A program made the position numbers and the translations under genes. From Camelus dromedarius (taxonomy: Eukaryota), in contig NC_087438.1 of NCBI RefSeq assembly GCF_036321535.1, forward strand, positions 3,350,001-3,414,000: a stretch of DNA of 64,000 bases, given 5' to 3'. Below, piece after piece: positions 11,291 to 24,040 of this stretch. Each line of letters begins with the position of its first letter. Within the stretch, counting starts at the first letter, position 1. The notes under the pieces are model-generated. The model ran no database searches. It was not told the origin of the DNA and saw only the letters and a program-made list of their open reading frames with translations.

Positions 11291-12199
11291 ATATATGTGA
11301 ATATATGTTTGAGAATTCAGGGGGAAGTTAAGATGGAGCTGTGCCCCGCTACGCCATCGTCACTGCACGCATATTTAGAAGCAGCTCGTCAGAAAGATTG
11401 ATTCTACTCTGTACCGGGCCTGGCTTCCCCCTGCAAACGGCAAATGCAGCTTGAAAGCAGAGACTCTGACATGGATCCTTAGGTGGGGGGAGCCCTCCTG
11501 CCTCTATATTCACTTTAAGTTTCACCTACCATTTTTATGATCTATTTTATCAAACAAAAATATGCAATTCCATCTGACTTTTATGACCTTGTGTTACGTG
11601 ATCAATATAAAGCCCCAGTGGGCTGTTGTTTGGTCAAGATGCTGGCGAAGTCATGCTCAATCGCTGTAGCTTAGTGTCACAGTAGAAAGAGGGGTAATTC
11701 ATGGATCCCCCCCCTTCCTAACTGCCCCCCCCAGGCCAAGGGCGCGTCCCTGATTCAAAGGACCCCTCCCTTGACCTGCTTTCTTACTTCCTTTGTGAGC
11801 AGGAGGTCCTGAGAGTCGTCAGTCTCTTCTTCAGCTCAACAGCATTCTGCATTTTTACAGAGCAGACTCTTGCTTAACAACGAAGACAGCCCCCCCAACA
11901 CCCCACCCCTGGCTGAATGCGACAGCCTAGCCACATATGTGAAACTGAAATATTTCCGCAGGGGCTAAAATGCACCGGTGGCTTCCTTGGTGAGAGGCGT
12001 ATACGTAACAACAAAAAAGAAATAGCACCTGCTTTACACCGAATGCCAGATAAATGAAGTTTTTATGACTTAATTCTTCTCCCATAGTTTTGACTGTCTC
12101 TCAAGAAATGAGTAACTTTGTCCTTTGGGCATTTAAGTGTTTCTTGGGATGAAAGGTGTGTCTGGACGTTAGAATAGGGGCAGCAGACTGCGGTTCTGG

Positions 12200-12620
12200 G
12201 ATGGGAGGGGCAGGGAGTAGGGGCACGGGGTCAGCCGAGATGCTGATCTGGGCGGTGGTGGTGGAAATGGAAAGGCAGCCCTAACACATGGGACATTCTT
12301 GAGAATGAATAACCCATTTGCTGAACGTCTTGATGGAGGAGGAGTAAAGCGGTGGAGGGGTTGGGGGGGGACTCAAAGGTGATCCTGGAAAAATGTTGTC
12401 AGGGGCCCAGGCGGAAACCTGGGGAAGGGCCGGGACTAGGCAGGGGACATTGAGTTGGTCCTCGAAAATGAGACGCTGCAGGACTCCACAGTGTGATGAG
12501 AAGTGGGGCCTTAGACACGCTGTCCGGGGTTGCCCGAGAAGACAGGGCTCAGGGTGGACATATAAGCATCATCTTCACAGATCAGGCCTTTTAGAGAAAG
12601 CAGAGGGGTGGGTAAAACCC
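12200..12620 (-). mobile_element. Degraded LINE-2 fragment
   Basis: gatgctgatctgggcggtggtggtggaaatggaaagg, catttgctgaacgtcttgatg, gggtggacatataagc. Confidence 0.45.
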
Positions 12621-12959
12621 AAGGAACAGGCAAGAAAGCTGTCGGTTAAGTTAAAAAGTAGTGCAGGTCATGGACCCCAAGGGAGGACGTTCTATTTTAA
12701 AGCAGATATTGTATCATAAACTTCCACCAGGCCAGTGGGAGGTCATTACTCAATGTCCAGAGTCAGGATTATAATGTGACCTTTTGATATTTCAGTTATA
12801 AAAGTGTGGCCATCTCAGAAGAAACAGTTGTAAAAAGTAAGACACTATTTTCAAGATGCCATGGGTGACCCCAACAACCACCTTCCACCTTAGCACCCTC
12901 GCCTTGGGTGACAGACAGCTGTCACCCAAGGCGAGGACAGCAAGAAATGAGGGCAGAGT

Positions 12960-13356
12960 TGGCTCAGGACGTGTCTTGATGGGAAAGAGACTGAATATTT
13001 AAAATGGCCACATTTAGAATAGTTTAAAGAGGGGACTTTTACAAAGGTGTGGGGGGTGGGGTGGAAAAGCTCGTACCAGCAGCTTTTAAGTTAGTGTGTG
13101 CACCACTCCCAAGACTGCAGAGTGTTTAATAACCCGGAAGACTTGTGTGGAGAAGGGCTTCCACCAGGAGCTGCAGCTTTTGATGGAGGAATTGGCCAGA
13201 CTGTGGAGAGAATAAACATGTCTACCTCCATGTCCTTCCGCCCTCCGATGTCCTATTGACTGAATCAGCTCAGAAACAGATGGATTCCCAGGGCACAGAG
13301 CAGTGCAGAAAGATAGAGCTGGTCTGTCCAGGGACAGCCAGAAGACACCCAGTGCA
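12960..13356 (-). mobile_element. LTR33-like ERVL LTR remnant
   Basis: agtttaaagaggggacttttacaaaggtgtggg and cagggcacagagcag...gaagacacccagtgca resemble recalled LTR33 consensus. Confidence 0.55.
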
Positions 13357-14220
13357 CTCGTACGGGCGTTAGAGAACAGTGCACGTTTTCTCCGGGTGGA
13401 TGATGTGTGCGATTCAGATGACAAGCGGGTCAGAGTCAGAGAAAAGGAAAAGACCGAGGCGACCGAGAAAGGTTGGTTGGCCCGGACGAAGGCTGCAGCC
13501 ACATCCTACATCTCATGAGAGCCCACTGTTCAAGTAAAATTCTGAACTTCTTTTCCTAAACACGAGCAACACAAAAGAAAATATAGTAGGAGTGTTCACA
13601 CCACAGACATGGACAAGCCCACCACGCCAGGACTCCTGCCGCCACCTTTTTTTTAAATTAAAATCCAAACTTTAATCTTTCAAGGACATCCCAAACGAGT
13701 CACTGATGGGGTTACAGGAACCTGCCACCACAGCGAGAATCAGGCCTGTTACAGCAGCAAGCACTGGTCGGATTCCTTCAGACCTCTGGGAAACTCTGGA
13801 AGGTATGGGTGGTGCAGGCTTTCTTTCTCCCTCTTGGATTTGGGGGAAAGCTGACAGGGTAGGGAGGTAGACGGGAAAGTAGTGAATGGTTGCAATGTGA
13901 GAGAACAAAAGGGGAAAAATATACTGAAAAATAATAAAAGAAAAAGTTGACAAACAGCTTCCATGTCTACTTCTCTGCTTCTTGGTGTTTGTAGCATTTG
14001 TTCCAAAATAGTCCTGCTGAATCCAGGGTTTCTGTGAGTGGGTAGGAGTTTGTCAGACTAAATGAATGAGTGAAATGTTCTTTCATAAGCCTTCACACCC
14101 GATCGGCTTCTTGACCTCCATTAATCAGCTGCACTACTATCCAGAAAATTCTTCAACCTGAAGCTGTGGGGACTATTTTAATTTCCTGGCAGAAAATAAT
14201 GCTAAAATATGGCCATATAT

Positions 14221-14723
14221 TGTAGGCAGAAGAGTGGTTCCCAAAGATGAGCACATCTTAGGTCCCAGAACCTGTAAATATTCTACATCACATGCTAAAA
14301 AGGACTTTGCAGATTAACCTGAAGAAGACGGGAAGATTTTCTTGGAGTGTCCCGGTGAGGCTAATTCAATCCCTCAAACTGGAAAAGCAAAGAACAGGTA
14401 TGGCCAGAGAAAGACAAGAGAGGCAGAATCAGAGAAAAGCTACTCTGTGGGAGGTTCCAAGATGGCGGAGGAGGAGGACACACGGCTCCCCCTCCCACAA
14501 AGAGTTGAGCTACTCAGCCGGCGTTGAGGATGAAAGAAAGGGGATGCGAGTCAAGGACTGAGAGCCACTCTTGGAAGCTAGAAAAGGCAAGGAGCCCGGA
14601 GAAGGGAACCAGCCCTGCTGACACCCTGATCAGCCTGGTGACACAGAATCTGTGACAATGAATTTGTTGTTTGAAGCCACTGAGTTTGCTGTGATCTGTT
14701 ATGTGGCAATAGAATACGAATGT
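14221..14723 (+). mobile_element. MLT1 (D/E-like) solo LTR interrupted by a short insertion
   Basis: cccaaagatg...cccagaacctgtaaatat...aaaggactttgcagat; gaagctagaaaaggcaagg; cagccctgctgacacc; gaagccactgagttt. Confidence 0.85.
14446..14507 (+). mobile_element. L1 5'UTR start fragment between 8-bp direct repeats
   Basis: gggaggttcCAAGATGGCGgaggaggaggacac...ctcccacaaa resembles the L1 5' terminus; AGCTACTC at 14438-14445 and 14508-14515. Confidence 0.6.
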
Positions 14724-15129
14724 GTCACTCTTCACTTTTCCTGGGTTTTTTCACATTCTTTTTTTTTTTCACAAAATGTTAAAGATCTGATCTTTTTTTC
14801 TAAGACCAGCTCTGATCCTCACAACTTCCCACCTGATCGTGCTCAAAGGGATTGACAAAAATCCACACGGAGCTGTTGCCACAGCGGGTAGACCAGCTGG
14901 AAGAAGAACACTGCCCACCAGAGAGGAGATTTGAAGCCAGGTGATCCCAGGACCTCCACATAAAGATGTTTGTGGGGTTACGGTTTAACAGCTGCTTCTC
15001 TCACTGGACCACCGTGCTGGGGAGGCCAGGAGGCTGGTCTGTCACATCCCCTGGACACTCAGTTCTCAGAGGAGCACAGACAAGTTGCCAAAGTGCTCAC
15101 AGACAGGCCTCTAGATGTCTCATGACCTC

Positions 15130-15275
15130 GGTTCAAGCCCCAGCTTGACAGCTTCCTGGCCGTGTGACTTTGAAAATAAGTCAAAGTACTTATTATGCCT
15201 CCATTTCCTCATCTATAAAATGGGCCAACAGCAGTTCATCCACAAAGGATGTTGGGAAAATTAAATAAGTTAACA
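15130..15275 (+). mobile_element. MIR
   Basis: ggttcaagccccagc...tgtgactttg...cctccatttcctcatctataaaatggg. Confidence 0.8.
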
Positions 15276-15280
15276 TAATG

Positions 15281-15420
15281 ATCATTTATTCAACCAGCCT
15301 GTGTCTAATGTGTGCTACGAACTTGCCAGGCACCCAGGAAACATCAGTGAAGAGAGAAGAGAAGCCTCCGGAAGTTTATGGTCCAGCAAGGGAAACAAAC
15401 AATAACTGTAGTAAATGACT
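15281..15420 (-). mobile_element. LINE-2 3' end
   Basis: tcatttattcaac...tgccaggcac...ggaagtttatggtccagc. Confidence 0.6.
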
Positions 15421-17439
15421 GATGGAAAAGCAAGGGCAATGGTGGGCAGGGGCTCTGGAGAACAGGGGCTGGCCCTCAGCAGGGGCCTGAGATGCTTCTC
15501 CCAGTCCAGCGAGGGGGTCGTAGCAGGTGGTCAAAGCTATCTGCTGAATCGTTGAAAGAATACATATCTGAACTTTGTTTCAGTGAGGAAACAAAATCTT
15601 ATTTTTTAATAGTTCTGTGAACTTCAGCCCAATTTTCAGCTAAATTCCAGTTATAAAACTTGGTTTTGCTTTTCATTCCAAGGTACCTTGTAAAGAATTA
15701 TGATAACTCACACAATGGTACCTATTTTAACAGAAACATCTAGCTAGTAACTATGCTAATGGCCTTTCTCTGAATTGTTTACCATGACAATGAGGGATGG
15801 GAAGCTCGCTCCAGTGACCAAAGAGGGAAAGAGTTGGTGTCTGTGCTGAAAACCAGATGCTTATCACCTCAAATTACTTTTCAGAATAGGTGAGCTGTAA
15901 AAAGAAAGAAAAATGAGAAGCTAGAAATGAAGAAATCATAGCAACTGTATGCAGAAGTGACTTTCAACTTGATTAGACAAGCTTACAATAAAAAGGAAAC
16001 ATTGCCTCACAGAATCAGGCAGCTCACAACCCCAAGATTTTACACGAGTAAGAAGGGCACAGAGCGAACATGGTTTGGCTGAGATAATGAAGAATATTTC
16101 TATAAATGAACCTTAAATGTCAATGTCAGATCAGATCAGTGAGCCCTTCCCTAGAGCATCTGGGACCATGCCTCTTGGCCCAGAATGGAGGGCTCCTGGG
16201 CCCAAGTGCTCACCGAAGCGCCACTGCCCTCTTCTCACGGTTGGAGGGGCTGCCCCTGGAAAACAGAATTAGTGCAGCTAAAACCTACGCGTGTGTGAGG
16301 TTGGAGAGAAAGGGCTTACTTCTTATGGATAATAAATATATAATGGGATTGATTTTTCAATAAAAATATGAAAATTTTCAATAAAAGTGTGAAAAAATAT
16401 GAAAAAATGAGAAATTAATTCTCTCGCCTCACTTAAAACCTCTGGGAACTTGAAACGCTGTAAGGGGCTGATCTCTGAAATGTCTGCACAGGACTCTCAC
16501 TCAGACCTCGGCTGGGCAGACACAGAAGCCTGGGAAATGGACGTCTAAGGGGTTATTATAGAATTCCACTCTGTGGATGGAAAATTGGATAATCCAAGGT
16601 TCTGAGCTTGAACTTCAAATACTCTTGAGAAAAGCGATCAGTCTATAAAAGATTGTAATTGTAAATTCCCATACTTCAGTGGAATTATGCCCACTGGGAA
16701 AGTTCAGTGGGGACCAAATTGTATCTTACAATGAACTCGAGTTACAAATGCATTCTAAATTTGTCCGTCACCCAGGGATTCGTGTAATCCAAGACAGCGA
16801 AACAGCAGGATGCATTCTGCTTCTGAGACAACCACGGTCCTTCGCCCTGACTTGGGCCCCTGCCAAGCAGGGTTCCCGAAGCGGCACTTGTGCTAAAGGA
16901 AGTGGCTCTGAGTCCGTCAGCCCCGCTGGGTCTGCGTGGCTTCTATACAATCAGAGTGACCACAACCTTATATCGCTCGCCCACAGACGTCTGCTAGGTA
17001 GAGATGTAACTATGACTGGCCATGTGTCAGTGTGTTCTGAAATTTTTACGGAAACATTTTAAATTGTACATAGTTCAAATAGTTGATGAAGATTCACTAG
17101 GAATTTGAAACATGGTTGGTATCTATTTTAGAGACTGCTAAAAATACATCTGTGTTCAGATGACCACATTTCACTTCGCTATGTCAGCACGTCCTCTGCG
17201 GTTCATCTGTGCCTGGTGACTTGCCCGACGTGAAGTGTGAGCAGCTTGCGCCCTTCGTCAGGGGCGTTTTCAATGTCCTTCAACAACTTCCCTGTCCTTT
17301 CCTGAACGTAACCCATTTCCTGAACGTACTGTGTTCAGGCTTTCATCCTATCACTGGATTCAGAATCAGCGAAATAGGTGCGCTGTAATTATTACAGAGT
17401 TCTACGTCTCCAAGAGACTGTGAAAAGAGCAGAGTTCCC

Positions 17440-18305
17440 AAATCAAACCCACACTGAGGTATCACCTCACACCAGTCAGAACAGCCATCATCAAAGTGTG
17501 CAAGTAATAAATGCTGGAGACGGTGTGGGGAAAAGGGAGCCCTCCTACACTGTTGGTGGGAATGTAGTCTGGTGTGGCCATTATGGAGAAGAGTATGGAA
17601 GTTCCTTAAAAAACTAAAAATAGCCTTACCGTATGATCCAGTAATCCCACTCCTGGGCATATATCTGTTGGAAACTCTAACTTTGGAAGATGAATGCACC
17701 CCAATGTTCATAGCAGCACTATTTACAACAGCTAAGACACAGAAGCAACCTGAATGTCCATGGACAGATGACTGGATAAAGAAGAGGTAGGGTACATATA
17801 TATATGTATATATGTATATACACACAGACACACACATATATATATATGCACACACAATGGAATATTAGTCATAAAAAAGAATGAAATAATGCCATCTGCA
17901 GCAACATGAATCGACCTAGAGATGATCATACTAAGCGAAGTAAGTCAGGGAAAGACAAATATCATATACTATCACCTATATGTGGAATCTTAATAAATGG
18001 CACAAGTGAGCTAATTTACAAAACAGAAATACACTCACAGACATAAAAAACATATTTATGGGTGGGAAGGGGTGGGGATAAATTGAGAGTTTGAGATTAA
18101 CAGAATTAACAGATACAAACTAGTATACACAGAATAGATAAACAAGTCCCTATTGTTTAACACAGGGAGTCATATCCAGTAGCTTGTAATAACTTATAAT
18201 GAAAAAGAATATGAAAAAGCATATATACATAACTGAATCACTATGGTGCACACCAGAAACTAACACAACATTGCAAATCAACTAGACTTCAATTTAATAT
18301 AAACA
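17440..18305 (+). mobile_element. L1 3' fragment (disrupted ORF2 C-terminus plus 3'UTR) with internal (TA/CA)n
   Basis: ORF 17572..17790 has [24 protein letters not shown]; 3'UTR motifs to 18295. Confidence 0.93.
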
Positions 18306-18453
18306 GCAATGGTATTGCCAAAATGTAAATGAACTCTCAAACTGTCATGGTACAGTCATGGTTAGGAACAGATGATATAAAGACTCATCCATCAGTCAGT
18401 CCTTCATCCACCCACCTAAGGAGGCCAAGCCAAGGATCAAGGCTGAAGGATGA

Positions 18454-18568
18454 GTGTGTGTGTGCGCATATGTGTGTGTGTGTGTGGTGGGTGCACACAC
18501 TTACATGCATGCATGTTTATGCGTGTACGCATATATCTCCACACACACATCCGTGTGCACGTGTGTAC
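18454..18568. repeat. Mixed (TG)n/(CA)n alternating purine-pyrimidine tract
   Basis: gtgtgtgtgtgcgcatatgtgtgtgtgtgtgt...cacacacacatccgtgtgcacgtgtgtac. Confidence 0.8.
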
Positions 18569-20505
18569 CAGCGGATAGGCATTCTTCTTTTTCTCTCTCT
18601 CTTCCTATCGGCCCATTTCTTTTGCTTAAGAATCTTGTGATAAAAGTGCCAAAACTCGGCTCCAGTAGCTTGGGTCAGCACACAGCAAGCGCAGTCCTTA
18701 AACCCCAGGACTCTGAGCCGGGGGCCAGGAGCCCCTCCGTGCGGAGGCCCTCGGGGCAGCCTTGCTGTGTCGCGAGAGCATGGCAGGGCCGTCACCCTCA
18801 GGTCTCCTTGTCCAATCCTCACAAAACCCGCATCCGGGAGCTCGGGTTTGTGGCCGAGCTCCAGGACCCTGACCTGGGCCTCCTCGTCCAGGAACCAGGA
18901 GTCGCGGTCGGCATCCCATCCAGACATGGGGGAGGACGCGGATGAGGCGGCGGGTGCAGGGGCTGTTCTCGGGACAATAAGGGCCTAGTGGCACCTGCGT
19001 GACGCAGCAGTGGCAGCTCTGCCCCGGCTGCAGCGGTGCTCACCCCTGGGCAGGAGCCGGGCAGGAACCCAGTCCCCCGGGGTTTGAACTGGGGCGAGCT
19101 GAGCACCACACATGGGCAAGGAGTGACAGCCATCGGGGGACAGAACCGAGTCGTGGGAGCTAGGCAGAGCATGTTTGGACCCAGCGGGCTTGGAAGCACA
19201 CGGAGGGCCGAGTGGTCACCGAGGATGAGGCTGGTGCCCATCTTCCCCTTTGGGTGCATCAGACCGACTCAGAGAAATCAAGTCAGCGCAGGTTTTCTCC
19301 CAACAATTAGTGACCTTGGTCCTCACGTTTGGGCTCGATTTTCCCTGCCGCCATCAGCTCTCATGCAGCAGGACAGGGTAAGGATTCCAGTGGAGGGCAC
19401 AGGAGTTCAGCTTCGAAATGACCTGAAAGTGACAGCTCTGCTTTTCGCCAGAGGACCCCCGTCCTGCCCTGCAGGTCGCACGCCCTGTCTGAAAAACTGG
19501 ACTTCCCCTCGTTCTCCGCTCTTCCAGGGCGCCTAGAGCCATGCGACGTTGCCTCTCAGTCCGTCCTTTGCTGGCCTTCGCCTGTGTGTGGTGACAGAGG
19601 GCGTTTAAAACAGAACTTTTCTCAGAAGTGCCTGGCAACACGCTTACACAGGACTTTTCCCTTCACTTGGATTTACACCCAATGGCTTCTTGCCTTTTTT
19701 CGTGGTAAGAGCCGTGTCTCTGAGCGAGTCACTGTTACCAACGTTACCGTCCTCATTTCCTGCTCCCCTCTCTACACCTGCGTTCACACTCAGAAATATT
19801 TCAAATCTTTGAAATTGGGCCTCAGAAGGCTTCAATGCGAGAGACGACAGATGTGATGTCTGAGGGGCGACCTGTCACACGGCTGGGGTGCCACCGGCCC
19901 TGGACCTGGCACCAGCTGTGCTTCTCATCTCTCTCCTTGTCGCTGACACGAAGAGATGGGCTTCTTGAAGCTGGAGGCCACCTGTTGACAGGCACAGGGG
20001 GTTTGGTCCAATTCTGCAGAATATTCAGTTTATTCAACAACCAGATCTTGCCCAGGGTTTGACTCTTGGGCGGCTGCGAGCCTCAGTTAGAACCACTCGC
20101 TCTCGGCTTTATCTTGTCTGTCTACCGGCAGCTGCGTGTCTCAGTCAGGAACGTCCCGGGGAGGACCAGCTCCCACAGGTGCTTCTCCGTCAAATGTGTG
20201 GCTGTGGATGATGAATCAGGACAGGTGGGACCTTGACCCCTCTGACAGTCTCTTCAAGGGCTTTGGCCAAAATTAAGTCTCAGTGGGACGCCCTCCTCTC
20301 GTGCTGCCGGCAGCAACAGCACCCTCAGAAGAAGCCCTCAGGTGAGCTCTGGAGGGCGTGCTGCAGACTGCGGCACGCCGGCTGCTTCTGCTTCTTAGGA
20401 CAAGAATTCAACTTCCCGGGACAATTGAGTTTGGGCCATGAGCTCAGAATCCCCACACACTCAGTTAACTGCAATCACTGTCAGCTCCTAAGCCCCCTTG
20501 TAGTT

Positions 20506-20610
20506 AAAAAAAAAAAAAAAAAAAAAAGAATTTAAAAAAAAAAAAACTAGCCCAAATTTAATAAGTTTTTCTCAGTCCCGACTAAGTCATAAGTAGGTAA
20601 TTTTTCTGGG

Positions 20611-20641
<31 letters not shown>
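20506..20641. repeat. A22 and A13 tracts facing a T30 tract
   Basis: A at 20506-20527 and 20534-20546; T at 20612-20641. Confidence 0.9.
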
Positions 20642-20643
<2 letters not shown>

Positions 20644-21995
20644 GTGAGAACTCTAGCAATGGGAGGCACCTTGTTTGAGCTTCAGACATGGAGAAAAGCC
20701 AAGAGGACCACTAACCTGGGTTATATTCTTGGTATAATTGTGTTTTGCTCAATTTCTTTGAAATTCACTCTTTTTTCTTTCTTCCTGAAAAGCTACCTTT
20801 CAATCCCTTTTTGTTTATGTCTGCAAATCTCAATGACCTGAGCACATAAAGGGGGCCGATTCAAAGGTTTCGGAGAACTTTGCAAAGAGGCTGTCGGCCG
20901 GCTGGTTCCTTTGTCGGGCGCCTGAATCTGATCGCGCCCCCTGAAAGGCGTGTGAAGGAGACTCTGACCTAGGGCTTTCCAGCTCCCCAGGGGTGCTTAT
21001 TGAAAGAACCATCCCTGCCACACTCAAATCCCCAATTGTTTTGCAGAGTATTTTTTCCTGAAGTTTCTCATATGTTCTTTGCAGGTCAAGTTCCCTTGCT
21101 AGCCAAGGAACTATCCAACTTCCACGAGGTTAAATGATTTCCCCAAAGACCATTAGATCTTCATCCAATTTCAGCAGAACAATCTCGTTCTATTGAATTC
21201 ATTACAGGAATGTTTTCTAGCTTTACTGGTGTGGATCTAGAATCTAGGATAGTTTTATGTTCATCAAGTTGAAAGGAAACTCTTTCAATTTCAAAATGTT
21301 GGGAAACATTCATACTCCTCCTTCTAACCCTAAACATGCAATCTGTACGTGCCTGGTCGCCGACGATATTATTAAATCAGGTTAAACGTTCCAGTACTTA
21401 AACGTACTTTAAATGTAAAAAGTATGCAAAAGCTGTATTGTAGGTTTAGGAAATAGTGTTGGTAACATATAACCCTTAACAGGGGGTCATAAGATTCCCT
21501 CTTTATTAGTGCTGGTAGGAAAAGTCAGGCTATGGGAGCCGCTTGGCCGTATACGTGTCCAAAATAAGAGATTTGTTCATATAGGAGCTGGAAGGATAGT
21601 GAAGGTTTCGGGAAGAGCAGAGCCGAGCGCGCCACACCTCCGGGGATGCACGCCCTCCGGTACCCGCGGGGGCAGCAGCCCACGTGTCTGTTTCCCACCC
21701 AAGAGACGGGTCAGCCGAGTACCTATGGCGCTCTTTTGGATGCCAGTGCCTATCCGAGTGGAACGCAGTCACTTAAAGGAAATCACAGATGCCTGCAGGG
21801 CATGACAGGTATTCAAAGGTGGCTTTGAGGAGGCACGTGGTCAGAGAGTGGGAAGAAATAGATTCTATGCTGTATGATGTAGGTGAGGGTTTACTTTGTA
21901 CTCAGCCGAGTTGCCCCAGACAGAGGCTATCTTTGCTTTACACAAGCATCCTCGAGAAGCCTGACCATACAAACATAGCATACCCTACACAGTCC

Positions 21996-22613
21996 TGTTG
22001 CTAAACCAAACTCGGGTCCGCGCACCCACACGCAGTAAAGCCAGCCTACTGACACGGCGTTCTGGTGAAGGAAAGTGCGGCGTTTACTGCAGGGCCAGAC
22101 GAGGAGCTTGTGCTTAAAATACTCGAAACCCCAAAGGCTTTCAGGGAAAGATTTTTAAAGACAGGGTGAGGGAGGGGGTTGTGGATGTGTGATCAGCTCG
22201 TGGACATTCTTCTGACTGGTCGGTGGTGAGGTCATCGGAAGTCAACATCATCAACCTTCTGGATCCAACCATCTGGGGTCTCTGTGCTGGGGGCAGCACA
22301 CAGTTAAATTCGTCCACCTGATGGGGATTTCAGTGTCTGCAGAACAGCTCAAAGACATGGCTCAGAATATTATCCACAGCCCCTGAGAAGGAACTAAAGC
22401 TCCTTGACTTTGTTTAATGGCTAAACTGTTATTATTTTGTCTTGCTTGACTGTTTTTGTTCTGCATTTTCTCACTCCTCTGATTGAACTTATTCTTTGGA
22501 ACCTGGGGAAGGTCTAGGAAGCTAAAGTTTTTCTACAGACAAGAGGCAGACAGAGGAAATGGAAGTGGGGGGTTTCTGCCCTGGGGAGACCCCACAGGGT
22601 CCTGTCAGTTACA
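21996..22613 (-). mobile_element. ERV1-type solo LTR
   Basis: TGT...ACA termini, 618 bp, flanks GTCC/ATCC (4-bp TSD, one mismatch); degenerate polyA signal on the minus strand near 22085. Confidence 0.8.
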
Positions 22614-23319
22614 ATCCCACAAAGCATTGTCCCACCAAAAATGTCAAGTTTGGCCCTGCTGAAAAACACAGAAGCCATTCTATTAGCTGCCTTTTCCAAC
22701 TTCCTTGTATGTCACAATCATCACCATTGTCCTCAAATCGCTCCAAGTGCTAAGCCATATTGTGATCATTTCCGCCATTGATCAGCTAATTGGTTCCCAA
22801 GCACAGTCATTCGTCTCTAAAGGTCCTTCTATCAGCTCTCCTAAGCCCATCAGCCCCCCTCAGCCCATTAGCTCAAATGTGGGTAACACTCATAGTCAGC
22901 GCTGCTCATTCTGAACTTACGTACTTAGTGTTATAGCCAACATTCACATCGTTACGGTGTAAATTATTCCGAGTCTGTCCATCTTATTCCTCATGTCTTC
23001 CCAAATAGAGCAAACTTCATGCCCCCAATCCTTGCTAGATGAGTGTCCCCTGGGGAATGATCATTATCAGAGCTGATCTGTAGGTCACACCACTGTCCCA
23101 CATCAGTACTTAAACTGTTCAGTACATTCAAAACAACCTGTGTGGCACACGTCAGTCATCCTTACCAGCCTGAAAAGGATGTCCCTCCAACACCACAGCT
23201 CCCGTTCCAGGTAGGTGTCCAGCCACCTCACCTGGGAGCTCCATCCAGGCAAGTGGTCACCCTCTCCGACTGCACATCTTGTGCCCACCACCCACGTTCT
23301 CCAGGATCTCCTGTTGCCT

Positions 23320-23500
23320 AGAACAACACTGTTTAGCATCGAGTTAAGTGAGATATTTTGTGTCCTCTATTTGAACCACACCTCTGAAATCCACTGTGTA
23401 TTTTTCACTGACAGCATATCTCAATTCAGACCAGCCCAAGTTCAGGTGCTCAGTAGGTCCACACAGCCAGTGTTGGGCATGTTGGAACGCACAGGCCTAG
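23320..23500. mobile_element. MER33/MER3-like hAT-Charlie fragment
   Basis: ctgaaatccactgtgtatttttcactgacagcatatctcaattcagaccagccc...tgttggaacgcacag. Confidence 0.7.
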
Positions 23501-23652
23501 AGAATCACAACGGTGCCTGTCTCTGCCTGTGGGCACCTCCACTCCACTGTCCTATCCACGTTGTGTTCAGATCCTAGGGCTCCACAGTGACATTTAATGT
23601 CTTCCAGTTCCCTCCACCCACCGCCGATCTAATAAAACAAATGTCCCCTAGA

Positions 23653-24040
23653 CGCATCAGTCTGCTAGAGCTGCCGTGAAGAGCTACCGCACGCCGGGCG
23701 TTTTAGACAATGGAAGTTGACTTGCTCGCGGTTTGGGGGCTGAAAGCAAGATCCAGGGGTCGGCAGGGCTGGCTTCTTCTGAGGCCTCTCTCCTTGGCTT
23801 GCAGACGGCCGCCTTCTGTGTCATCACACGGTGGCCCCCCTCCCATCTGTGTGTGTCTGTGTCCTAATCTCCTCTTCTTATAAGGACACCAGTCATACTG
23901 GTGAGAGCCCACCCCTATGGCTTCATTTTTCACTTTAATCATTTCTTTGAAGATCCTGTCTTCAGAGAGAGTCACATTCTGACGTATGTGGGGTTAGGAA
24001 TTCAGCATGAATTTTAGGGGGACCAATTCAGCTCATAACT
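23653..24040 (-). mobile_element. MLT1A/B-like solo LTR
   Basis: ctgaggcctctctccttggcttgcagacggccgcctt; tcctaatctcctcttcttataaggacaccagtcat; gtcacattctga; caattcagctcataac. Confidence 0.9.
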
